A stretch of DNA of 64,000 nucleotides from an uncultured Oscillospiraceae bacterium. Its GTDB lineage: Bacteria; Bacillota; Clostridia; Oscillospirales; Acutalibacteraceae. Of this stretch, positions 38,089-46,509 are shown in pieces (within the stretch, counting starts at the first letter, position 1; every line of letters starts with the position of its first letter). The notes beneath the pieces were generated by a model that did not search any database, had not been told where the DNA came from, and saw only the letters and a program-made list of their open reading frames with translations. The stretch spans positions 1 to 64,000 of the forward strand of contig URFL01000003.1 in assembly GCA_900547105.1 (NCBI GenBank), given 5' to 3'. The translations under genes and the position numbers were made by a program.

Positions 38089-39258
38089 TCAGCCCTCCCT
38101 CTTCGCGCCGCACTGCGGGCAAAACTTGCCGGACTTGATAAACTTAAAGCCACACTGCGGGCAAGTATCCGCGGATGTCTGCCGGGCACCGCATTCATCA
38201 CAAAACGCCGCGCCCGGAGCTAACTCGGCACCACACTGATCGCAAAAGCGATTGACCGCTTGCGGTTGTGTGGTCATTCCCGCAAATGCGTCAGAAACCG
38301 CACCGCCGACCACTCCACCAACTGTGCCGCCAACGCCAGCCATCATTCCCAGTCCGATACCCATATTGGAAAACTGCCCTGCGCCCTCATTTTTCGCAGC
38401 ATCCTGTGCCACATCGAATCCTCGCTCCTGCTGGTAGGTATAGCCTTCCTGCATTCGCTTGGTGGCTTGTGCCTGAGAATCGATAACAACCTTTTGCGCC
38501 TCGGTCTGTGCGTGGATCACATCGGTCTGCTGTTTCAGCTTTGCCTCGGCTATATCGGCATACTGTCGGAAATGCAGCTCCTTGAATTTTTCATACTGCG
38601 GGTCACCGTCCGGCTTGACCACCGTAGTAACATAGAATCGTTTGAGTTGTACACCGTAATCAAGAAAATCGGGAATCAATCGCTGCTGAATGTCCTCTGA
38701 AAATGTTTCAAGACTTTCATCAATCTCAAAAATGTTGATAGCATTAGCACGCATTGCCTGAGCGATATAGGTTTTCACCTTTGTCATCAGGATACTGCGA
38801 AAATAGGCGGTCAGCCGCTCACGAGTCAGAACATGCTCTGTGCCCACCAATTTAATTAACAATTTACGGGAATCGTCCACGCAAAGCGACATCTCACCGC
38901 TCGCGCCGATAGAAAGCGGGAAATGATATGTAGGTTCTACATACTGCACCTTGCTGTCAGTTCCCCAGCGAATCGCCATCTGTTCGGTCTTATTGATAAA
39001 ATAGACCTCGCAATGAAATGCGCTCACACCACCGGTTGGAATATTTATCAAGCGTCGAAAAATTGGAATGTTTTCCGTTTCTAGCGTATACCGTCCCGGT
39101 CCAAACAGGTCAAGCGCCTGCCCATTTAGGAAAAGAATAGCCTCCTGCGATTCGTGGACAATCAACTGAGATGATGTGTTAAAGTCCTCGCAGGGATGTT
39201 TCCATACAAAAGTGCTGTTATCCCCTTCGTATTTGATAACAGAGGCAATATTTGCCAT
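38089..39258 (-). CDS. SPFH (band-7)-domain protein with C-terminal double zinc ribbon (COG4260 / B. subtilis YdjI-like, 'virion-core-protein-like')
   Basis: MANIASVIKYEGDNSTFVWKHPCEDFNTSSQLIVHESQEAILFLNGQALDLFGPGRYTLETENIP is the characteristic N-terminus of this family. Gly-rich linker, then CDQCGAEL…CDECGA…CPQCGFKF…CPQCGA. RBS gaggggg. Confidence 0.85.
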   Translation of the reverse strand: MANIASVIKYEGDNSTFVWKHPCEDFNTSSQLIVHESQEAILFLNGQALDLFGPGRYTLETENIPIFRRLINIPTGGVSAFHCEVYFINKTEQMAIRWGTDSKVQYVEPTYHFPLSIGASGEMSLCVDDSRKLLIKLVGTEHVLTRERLTAYFRSILMTKVKTYIAQAMRANAINIFEIDESLETFSEDIQQRLIPDFLDYGVQLKRFYVTTVVKPDGDPQYEKFKELHFRQYADIAEAKLKQQTDVIHAQTEAQKVVIDSQAQATKRMQEGYTYQQERGFDVAQDAAKNEGAGQFSNMGIGLGMMAGVGGTVGGVVGGAVSDAFAGMTTQPQAVNRFCDQCGAELAPGAAFCDECGARQTSADTCPQCGFKFIKSGKFCPQCGAKREG

Positions 39259-39391
39259 ATCGCAACCCCCTCAATTTGTTATTGTGTACTTTTTCAAACT
39301 CCTATGTAAATTTTAACTTGTTGACATTATACTACTAAAAGGCTGAAATCTCAACTGTTTTCGGGAAAATAGTTTCAACATACAGAACACC

Positions 39392-39428
39392 CCAAAAAGG
39401 CAGGCTCCGGTGGGAGCCTGCCTTTTGC
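39392..39428 (-). terminator. rho-independent terminator of tsaD (also insulates the island promoter)
   Basis: aaaaaggcaggctccggtgggagcctgcctttt. Confidence 0.8.
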
Positions 39429-39444
39429 GTTTCTATTCTCTATT

Positions 39445-40452
39445 TCAGCTGTCGATCGGCATGGTCGCGCAAGCGTTGAGATCCCATCCGGCGGTGTGAC
39501 CGGCGGCGAACTCATAATACGCCTGGGCACCCACCATGGCGGCGTTATCGCCGCACAGCGGCAGCGGCGGCACATACAACGGCAGCCCCCGCTTTTCACA
39601 TTCCGCGGTCATGCGGCGGCGCAACTCCCGGTTGGCGGACACACCGCCCGCCAGCACGATCTGTTTCGCGCCGGTTTCCTGCGCGGCGCGCAGCGTGTGG
39701 TCGCACAAAATCTCCACCACCGTGTGGCGAAAAGATGCCGCCAGATCCGGCACCGGCAGCGTTTCACCCTTTTGGCTGGCTTGATGCAGCCGGTTAATGA
39801 CCGCCGTTTTCAGCCCCGAAAAGCTGAAATCATACGCGCTGCCCTCCACCTTCGGGTGCGGGAAGGTGAACGCGGTCGGATCGCCGGTTTCAGCGATCTC
39901 GTCCAGATGCACCCCACCGGGATAGGACATACCCATGGCACGGGCAGCTTTGTCAAAGCACTCGCCCGCCGCGTCATCCCGCGTGCGCCCCAGCACCCGA
40001 TAGCGGGTATAATCCTCCACCATCACCAGATGGGTGTGGCCGCCCGACACCACCAAGCACAAAAACGGCGGTTTCAGATCGGGATGCGCCAGATAGTTGG
40101 CGGCGATATGCGACCGCAGATGGTGCACTGGGATCAGCGGCTTATTCGCGGACATTGCCAGCCCTTTGGCAAAGTTGACCCCTACCAGCAGCGCACCGAT
40201 CAGTCCCGGCGCATAGGTGACGGCGATGCCGTCCACCTCGTCCAGCGTGATCCCCGCCTGCTCCAGCGCCTGCCGCGCCACGGTGGAAATCGCCTCGGCA
40301 TGGCGACGCCCCGCGATTTCCGGCACCACACCGCCGTATTGTTTATGCTCCTCCACCTGGGTCGCCACCACATTGGACAGCGCCTCGCGTCCGTCGCGCA
40401 CCACTGCCGCCGCGGTTTCGTCGCAGGACGATTCGATCGCTAAAATGTTCAT
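39445..40452 (-). CDS. tsaD: tRNA N6-adenosine threonylcarbamoyltransferase TsaD
   Basis: MNILAIESSCDETAAAVV…HHLRSHIAAN… is the Kae1/TsaD family signature. Confidence 0.95.
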   Translation of the reverse strand: MNILAIESSCDETAAAVVRDGREALSNVVATQVEEHKQYGGVVPEIAGRRHAEAISTVARQALEQAGITLDEVDGIAVTYAPGLIGALLVGVNFAKGLAMSANKPLIPVHHLRSHIAANYLAHPDLKPPFLCLVVSGGHTHLVMVEDYTRYRVLGRTRDDAAGECFDKAARAMGMSYPGGVHLDEIAETGDPTAFTFPHPKVEGSAYDFSFSGLKTAVINRLHQASQKGETLPVPDLAASFRHTVVEILCDHTLRAAQETGAKQIVLAGGVSANRELRRRMTAECEKRGLPLYVPPLPLCGDNAAMVGAQAYYEFAAGHTAGWDLNACATMPIDS

Positions 40453-41321
40453 ACTTCCCTCTCCTTTGCGTAATAATAGGAGTAAATTGCCGCGTCCTCG
40501 GCGGGGTCCCGATAAAATCCGGGGCGCACACCATCGCGGGTGAATCCTTTTTTCTCGTACAGCGCGAGCGCCGCCGCATTGGACGGGCGTACCTCCAGCG
40601 TCAGACGGCTGAGCCCGCGTGCGCGCCCCTCCGCCAGCAGCACATCCAGCAGCGCCGATGCCACACCGCCGCGGCGGCTGGCGGGCGCGACCGCTACATT
40701 ATCCAAGAAGCCCTCGTCCGCGGCGATATGCATACCGGCATAACCCACCGGCTGCTCCGCCCGCGTGGCGACCACGAAAAACGCGGCGGGGTTGTCCACC
40801 TCGTCCCGCAGCGCCGCTTCGCTCCACGGATGCGCAAAACAGGCGGCTTCGATCGCAGCAAGCGCCGGAGCATCCTTCGCTTGCAGCGGGCGCACCGTGA
40901 CCGGTGCCAGCGTTGCCGCCAGCGCCTGTACCGCCGCTTGCAGCGCGTCCCGCGTGCGGCGATACAGCTCCACATCCCCGCCGTAAGGGTCAGGGATCGG
41001 CGGATCCGGCACCAGCACCCGATCGGCGGGCATCCCCACCGACAATAGCACCTGCCGGTGCGCCGGGGTCATCACCAGCACCGCGTCCGCTTGCTGCAGC
41101 AGCTCTGCCGTCAGCGGGCGCGACCGATGCGCCGCGATATCGATCCCCCATTCCGCCATCACTTCCACCGCCTGCGGCGTGGCGGGCGAACCATCGGCAG
41201 CCAGTCCGGCGCTTTCCACCTGCACATCCGGTCGCCCGACCCGGTCCAGCTCCCGCCGCAGCAGCGCCGCCGCCATCGGGCTGCGGCAGGTGTTGCCGGT
41301 GCATACACATACGATCATCAT
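40449..41321 (-). CDS. fusion protein: low-molecular-weight protein tyrosine/arginine phosphatase (N-terminal) plus ribosomal-protein-alanine N-acetyltransferase RimI-like GNAT (C-terminal)
   Basis: N-terminus MMIVCVCTGNTCRSPMAAALLRREL… is the CX5R P-loop of LMW-PTP with DPY. C-terminus …HPWSEAALRDEV… has GNAT motif A (…RRGGVASALLDVLLAEGRARGLSRLTLEVRPSNAAALALYEKKGF). Overlaps tsaD by 4 nt. Confidence 0.8.
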   Translation of the reverse strand: MMIVCVCTGNTCRSPMAAALLRRELDRVGRPDVQVESAGLAADGSPATPQAVEVMAEWGIDIAAHRSRPLTAELLQQADAVLVMTPAHRQVLLSVGMPADRVLVPDPPIPDPYGGDVELYRRTRDALQAAVQALAATLAPVTVRPLQAKDAPALAAIEAACFAHPWSEAALRDEVDNPAAFFVVATRAEQPVGYAGMHIAADEGFLDNVAVAPASRRGGVASALLDVLLAEGRARGLSRLTLEVRPSNAAALALYEKKGFTRDGVRPGFYRDPAEDAAIYSYYYAKEREV

Positions 41322-41433
41322 AGATCCTCATCCTTTGATATAAACTCTATTTTCGGCAAAAGGCTTGCGCCGTTTGCGAAATCGTGCCATAATAAACCTA
41401 TTATTTCATGATTGCCGAAGGAGGCCTCGGCTT

Positions 41434-43308
41434 ATGCCGCCCTTGTTATTTAACGCCCGTGATCCCCGCTATCGCAACCCGCTCGGCGCGGTGGTACAGG
41501 GCACTTCCGTCTTTTTGCGCATCTGTCTGCCGCGCGAATGGCATTGCTCCGGCGCGACGCTGCTTATCCACGCCGACCAACAGCCGGACGCGGCTTTCGG
41601 TATGTTTTGGGCGGGGATGGAAGGCTTTGACCACGAATGGTGGGATTGCCATTTCACCGCCGAGCAGGACACGCTGTATTGGTATGGCTTTCGGATCGAT
41701 CTGCCGGGCGGGCAGCAATATCTGGTGCGCCAGGCCGATTCCACCGCCGGATTATCCAACCGCCCGGGTGTGCGGTGGCAGCTGACCAGCTATCAGGCGG
41801 ATTTTGAAACGCCCGACTGGTTGGCGGGCGGGGTGATGTACCAAATCTTCCCCGACCGGTTCGCCGCCTCCGGCGCCCCCAAAGCCAACGTGCCCACCGA
41901 CCGGGTGATGCACCAACAGTGGGGCGAACAGCCGGTTTGGCAGCCGGACGCGACCGGCACCGTGTGGAACAACGACTATTTCGGCGGCGATCTCAAAGGA
42001 ATCGAGCAGCGGTTGGATCGGTTGGCTGCATTGGGCGTTACCTGCCTGTATCTCAACCCGATTTTCGCCTCCCATTCCAACCACCGGTACGACACCGCGG
42101 ATTACGAATGCATCGACCCGCTGCTGGGCAACGAAGAGGATTTTCGCTCGCTGTGCCGCACCGCGCGCACGCTGGGCATCCGGGTAATTTTGGACGGTGT
42201 GTTCAGCCACACCGGCGCGGACAGCCGCTATTTCAACCGCTACGGTCGCTACGGCGAGGGGGTGGGCGCGTATCGCTCGCTGGAATCGCCCTACTACCCG
42301 TGGTATCACTTCCAAAACTGGCCGGATCGGTACACCGGCTGGTGGGGCTTTATCAATCTGCCGGAGGTGAACGAATGTCACCCCGCGTTCAAGGAATATA
42401 TCTTAGGCAAAACCGGCATCGTGCGCCGCTGGCTGGCGGCGGGTGCGTCCGGCTGGCGGTTGGATGTGGCGGATGAGCTGCCCGACGAATTTTTGGACGA
42501 GCTGCGCACCGCCGCCAAAGCGGAAAAGCCGGATGCGCTGGTGCTGGGCGAAGTGTGGGAAGATGCCAGCCGCAAGGAAAGCTACGGTCACCGCCGCCGC
42601 TATCTGCTGGGCGACCAGCTGGACAGCGTGATGAACTATCCATTCCGCGATGCGGTGTTGGGCTTTTTGCGCGGCGGCGACAGCGCCGATTTTCACAACA
42701 TCATCGGCGACATCACCGAGCACTATCCCGCGCCGGTGCTGCGGCTGCTGATGAACCACATCGGCACCCACGATACCGAACGCGCGCTGACCGTGTTGGC
42801 GGGCGAACCCGCCGAGGGACGCGGGCGTTCCTGGCAAGCGGCACAATCGCTTTCGCCCGAACAACGGAAGCGCGGATTGCGGCTGCTGCGACTGGCAGCA
42901 GCGCTGCAATATTGTTTGCCCGGCGTGCCGTGCTTGTACTACGGCGACGAGGCGGGCATGGAGGGCTATCGCGACCCCTTCAACCGGGGATGTTACCCGT
43001 GGGGGCACGAGGATGCCGATCTGCTGCAATGGTACCGCAAGCTGGGACAGCTGCGGCACATCAGCTCGCCGCTGAAGCAGGGGGCGTATCAGCCGCTCGC
43101 TTCCGAACGGGATGTGGTCGCCTTTTTGCGCACCGAGGGAGACGCGGCGCTGCTGTGCGCGGTCAACCATTGCGACAGCGAGCGCACCTTGTGGCTGCCC
43201 GACGAATGGCGGCAGCGCACGGTGAATTTGGGGGGCGGCTGGATCGAGTCGGAATGGCTGCATCTGCCGCCGCTGGAATGTGCGATTATGATAAAAGAAG
43301 AGGTATAA
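41434..43308 (+). CDS. GH13-family alpha-amylase-type glycosidase (neopullulanase / cyclomaltodextrinase-like)
   Basis: Conserved regions …DGVFSHTG… (region I: DxVxNH-like), …GWRLDVADEL… (region II), …LGEVW… (region III), …NHIGTHD… (region IV). RBS gaaggagg before the ATG at 41434. Confidence 0.88.
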   Translation: MPPLLFNARDPRYRNPLGAVVQGTSVFLRICLPREWHCSGATLLIHADQQPDAAFGMFWAGMEGFDHEWWDCHFTAEQDTLYWYGFRIDLPGGQQYLVRQADSTAGLSNRPGVRWQLTSYQADFETPDWLAGGVMYQIFPDRFAASGAPKANVPTDRVMHQQWGEQPVWQPDATGTVWNNDYFGGDLKGIEQRLDRLAALGVTCLYLNPIFASHSNHRYDTADYECIDPLLGNEEDFRSLCRTARTLGIRVILDGVFSHTGADSRYFNRYGRYGEGVGAYRSLESPYYPWYHFQNWPDRYTGWWGFINLPEVNECHPAFKEYILGKTGIVRRWLAAGASGWRLDVADELPDEFLDELRTAAKAEKPDALVLGEVWEDASRKESYGHRRRYLLGDQLDSVMNYPFRDAVLGFLRGGDSADFHNIIGDITEHYPAPVLRLLMNHIGTHDTERALTVLAGEPAEGRGRSWQAAQSLSPEQRKRGLRLLRLAAALQYCLPGVPCLYYGDEAGMEGYRDPFNRGCYPWGHEDADLLQWYRKLGQLRHISSPLKQGAYQPLASERDVVAFLRTEGDAALLCAVNHCDSERTLWLPDEWRQRTVNLGGGWIESEWLHLPPLECAIMIKEEV

Positions 43309-43318
43309 TCTATGGAGT

Positions 43319-43357
43319 GGACGCGTTCCGTCGGTTTCGGCGGAACGCGTTTTTATT
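43319..43357 (+). terminator. rho-independent terminator of the GH13 gene
   Basis: ACGCGTTCCG-tcggtttcgg-CGGAACGCGT followed by ttttatt. Confidence 0.85.
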
Positions 43358-43384
43358 GGGGGATGGCAACGCCCCAGCCAACGG

Positions 43385-43765
43385 CGTGAAAAAGCCTTCC
43401 CCTAGAGGGGAAGGTGCTGAGCGCAGCGAAGCGGATGAGGTGGAAAAGCAAGCACTTTCTAGCGGCGGGCGCAAGGCCCCTTTGTGTAAAGGGGGCTGTC
43501 ACGACCTTGGTCGTGACTGGGGGATTGTCGCCGTCCATCGGACGGCGGGTGAACTTGCCATTTTCGTTACAATCCCTCCGTCACAGCTGACGCTGTGCCA
43601 CCTCCCTTTGCACAAGGGAGGCATTGGCACGCCGGAAGTTTTATGAGGTTTTTGACACCTCATCCACCGCCGTTCGGCGGTCCCCCTTCCCCTCTAGGGG
43701 AAGGCTTGCGAAGTGTCTGCGTTTTTGGCTTACGAAGTGAAAGCCCGCGGGGATTCCGCAATTTT
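43385..43765. repeat. dispersed structured repeat element, copy B
   Basis: Co-linear with 31845-32345 (see there). Contains palindromes ccttcccctagaggggaagg (twice), ctgtcacgaccttggtcgtgac and cctccctttgcacaagggagg. Confidence 0.85.
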
Positions 43766-43923
43766 CACATTTTTACGCGTGGAGAATTATATTTCAATCC
43801 ACGCACCCTAAGCAAGGCGGTGCAAGGCTTTGTCCTACCTTTTTACCATTTCAATCCACGCGCCCCAAGAAAAAAAGGCGGATTTGTATTTCAATCTCTT
43901 TGTGTAAAATTTTATACGGCGTC

Positions 43924-45291
43924 TTATTTGCCGACGCAGAAGCGGGCGAACACTTCGTCCACCACGGTTTCGGTGACCCGCTCGCCGGTCAGCTCCAACA
44001 GCGCTTCGATCGCGCCGTCCACGCTCACCGCCGCCGCATCCTGCGCCAGCCCGCTATCCACCGCGGTCAGCGCCTCGTCCAAACAGTCGCGACACCGGCG
44101 CAGACTGTCCCGCTGGCGCTCGGTAGTCAATATCGGCTGGGCTTCGTCCAGCCCCGCCACACCGGTCAATTCCCGCACCGCGGCGGTCAACTCGTCCAGT
44201 CCGCGCCCCTCGCGGGCGGACAATACCACAGTGTAGGGACACAGCGCCCGCACCTCGTCCGGCGACAATGCTAGCGTCAAGTCGGCTTTGTTGATAATCG
44301 CGATAGCGGGCGTGTCGTGCAGCGATTCCAGCAGCGCGCGATCCTCCGCCGACAACGGCGACGAACCGTCCAGCACCGCCAGCACCAGCGCCGCTGTTTG
44401 CAAGCGGGAACGCGCCCGCTCCACCCCAATGGTTTCCACGGTATCGTCCGACTGGCGCAGCCCGGCGGTATCCGACAGCCGCAGCGTCACATCGCCCAGC
44501 CGCACGGTTTCCTCCACCACATCGCGGGTGGTGCCGGGGATCGCGGTCACAATGCTGCGCTCCCATCCCGCCAGCTGGTTCATTAAGGTGGATTTGCCGA
44601 CATTGGGGCGCCCCACAATCGCGGTATCCACCCCTTCGCGCAGCACCCGCCCCGCATCAAAGGTGGAAAGCAGCGCTTCCACCTCCTGCCGTGCCTGACA
44701 CAGCACCGCACGCATGGCGGACGGCTCCAGATCCGGAATATCATCGTCCGGGTAATCCACAAACGCCGCAAACTGCGCCGCCATTCCCGCCAGCTGCTGC
44801 CGCACACTGTCCATCCGGGCGGCGAGATGCCCCTCGCGGGCGGACAACGCAGCGCGCGCCGCCAACCGGCCGCTGGCGGCGATGCTATCCATCACCGATT
44901 CGGCGGCGGTCAAATCCATTTTGCCGCTTAAAAACGCGCGGCGGGTAAATTCACCGGGACCGGCCGCCACCGCTCCCGCCGCCAGCAGCGCGCGCAGCGT
45001 ACGCTGCAGTAGATACAGCCCGCCATGGCAGGATAACTCCACCACATCCTCGCCGGTGTAGCTGTGCGGCGCGCGGAACACCAGCGCCACCGCATCGTCG
45101 ATGTCGCCGTCCGCATCAAACACATATCCGTATTGGGCGGTGTAGCCGGCGGCATCCTCCAACCGTTTGCCCGCCCGGGCGGGGCGGAACACCCGCGCCG
45201 CCACCGCCACCGCATCGTCGCCCGATACGCGCAGCACGCCCAGTCCGGCGGGGGCAGCGGGGGTGGAGATCGCCGCAATGGTTCGGCTCAT
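43924..45291 (-). CDS. mnmE: tRNA modification GTPase MnmE (TrmE)
   Basis: MSRTIAAISTPAAPAGLGVLRVSGDDA…, G-domain (…IVGRPNVGKSTLMNQL…DTAG…), C-terminal CVGK. Confidence 0.95.
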   Translation of the reverse strand: MSRTIAAISTPAAPAGLGVLRVSGDDAVAVAARVFRPARAGKRLEDAAGYTAQYGYVFDADGDIDDAVALVFRAPHSYTGEDVVELSCHGGLYLLQRTLRALLAAGAVAAGPGEFTRRAFLSGKMDLTAAESVMDSIAASGRLAARAALSAREGHLAARMDSVRQQLAGMAAQFAAFVDYPDDDIPDLEPSAMRAVLCQARQEVEALLSTFDAGRVLREGVDTAIVGRPNVGKSTLMNQLAGWERSIVTAIPGTTRDVVEETVRLGDVTLRLSDTAGLRQSDDTVETIGVERARSRLQTAALVLAVLDGSSPLSAEDRALLESLHDTPAIAIINKADLTLALSPDEVRALCPYTVVLSAREGRGLDELTAAVRELTGVAGLDEAQPILTTERQRDSLRRCRDCLDEALTAVDSGLAQDAAAVSVDGAIEALLELTGERVTETVVDEVFARFCVGK

Positions 45292-45412
45292 AACAAAACT
45301 CCTTTTGGGGAAAAATCTTCATAGATGACCGGACGAACGATCCGCTCCTCCGGCACGGTTTTTAGTATACCGCAAAGCAGGCGGCTTGTCCAGTTGGGAG
45401 CCGCGGTTTTCC

Positions 45413-45441
45413 TTGCATCCCCCCGCAAAATCTGGTACAAT
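45413..45441 (+). promoter_or_regulatory. sigma-A promoter (TTGCAT-17-TACAAT with extended TGn)
   Basis: ttgcat cccccc gcaaaatc TGG TACAAT lies 30 nt upstream of the ATG at 45472. Confidence 0.55.
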
Positions 45442-45471
45442 ACCCCATGGAGATTGGAAATAGGAGGAACG

Positions 45472-46140
45472 ATGGTGGAAAGATTAAAAATAACCCAATT
45501 GTTTGATCCGGAGCATACGCTGGCGGCGCCGCTGCTGGCGCAGCACACCTATCCGTGGGAGGTGCTGCCACATATCGGCGCGTTTATTGAGCAGCTGGGC
45601 GCCACGCTGCCCGCAGACGAATACGACCACCCCGCCCCGCTGGTGTGGATCCACAAAACAGCGACGGTGGCACCCACCGCCTTTTTGGGCGAGCGGGTCA
45701 TTATTGGCGCGAACACCGAGGTTCGGCATGGCGCGTTTATCCGCGGCAATGCGCTGGTGGGGTCCGGCGCGGTGGTGGGCAACTCCACCGAGCTGAAAAA
45801 TGTGATCTTGTCGGATAATGTGCAGGTACCGCATTACAACTATGTCGGCGATTCTATTTTGGGATACAAAGCGCACATGGGGGCGGGTTCCATCACCTCC
45901 AATGTGAAAAGCGACAAATCGCTGGTATCGGTGAATGTGGACGGCCGCCGCGAGATCACCGAGCTGAAAAAATTCGGCGCGATGCTGGGTGACCGGGTGG
46001 AAGTCGGGTGCAACAGCGTGTTGAATCCCGGCACCGTGATCGGGCGGGACAGCTCGATTTATCCGCTGTCCATGGTGCGCGGGTTTGTGCCGCCGCACAG
46101 CATTTACAAACGGCAGGGTGAGATCGTCGGGCGGGTGTAA
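45472..46140 (+). CDS. hexapeptide-repeat (left-handed beta-helix) transferase family protein, GlmU C-terminal-like
   Basis: Repeated [LIV]-G-x-x-x-x hexads (…IGANTEVRHGAFIRGNALVGSGAVVGNSTELKNVILSDNVQVPHYNYVGDSILG…). RBS taggagg. Confidence 0.7.
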   Translation: MVERLKITQLFDPEHTLAAPLLAQHTYPWEVLPHIGAFIEQLGATLPADEYDHPAPLVWIHKTATVAPTAFLGERVIIGANTEVRHGAFIRGNALVGSGAVVGNSTELKNVILSDNVQVPHYNYVGDSILGYKAHMGAGSITSNVKSDKSLVSVNVDGRREITELKKFGAMLGDRVEVGCNSVLNPGTVIGRDSSIYPLSMVRGFVPPHSIYKRQGEIVGRV

Positions 46141-46509
46141 CCGCCGCTTGCTCGCGCTTCTTAACCGAAAGAGCTTGTTGTCTGCGCAAAGCGGGCGGCG
46201 GGCTCTTTTTGTTTGGCGTTCCACCGCGCACGCAGCCGCCACTGTTCTTTATTCTTTTTCACCAGGCAAAATCACTTTTTGAAAAATTTTGTTATTTTTT
46301 GTCGAAAAATATAGCTTTTTGTAAGTTAAAGCTGTATACTGATAATTGTGCTATGCCTCGAACCGAGGCCATTTTGCGATGGGAATCTATAAAAAAAGCA
46401 ACGGAAGAATTCCACCCGTGATGACAGCACGGGGAATCTTCGCTCTTCTTTAGTTCGTGTTTTTTACAAGAACGAGTGAGATTTCAATAACGAACAGGGA
46501 GAGATTGCT

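Noticed and set aside
43780-43890. CRISPR array
   Set aside because: Only two and a half copies of a 14-nt direct repeat with irregular spacing and no cas genes. Nowhere else in the window is there a regular repeat-spacer structure.
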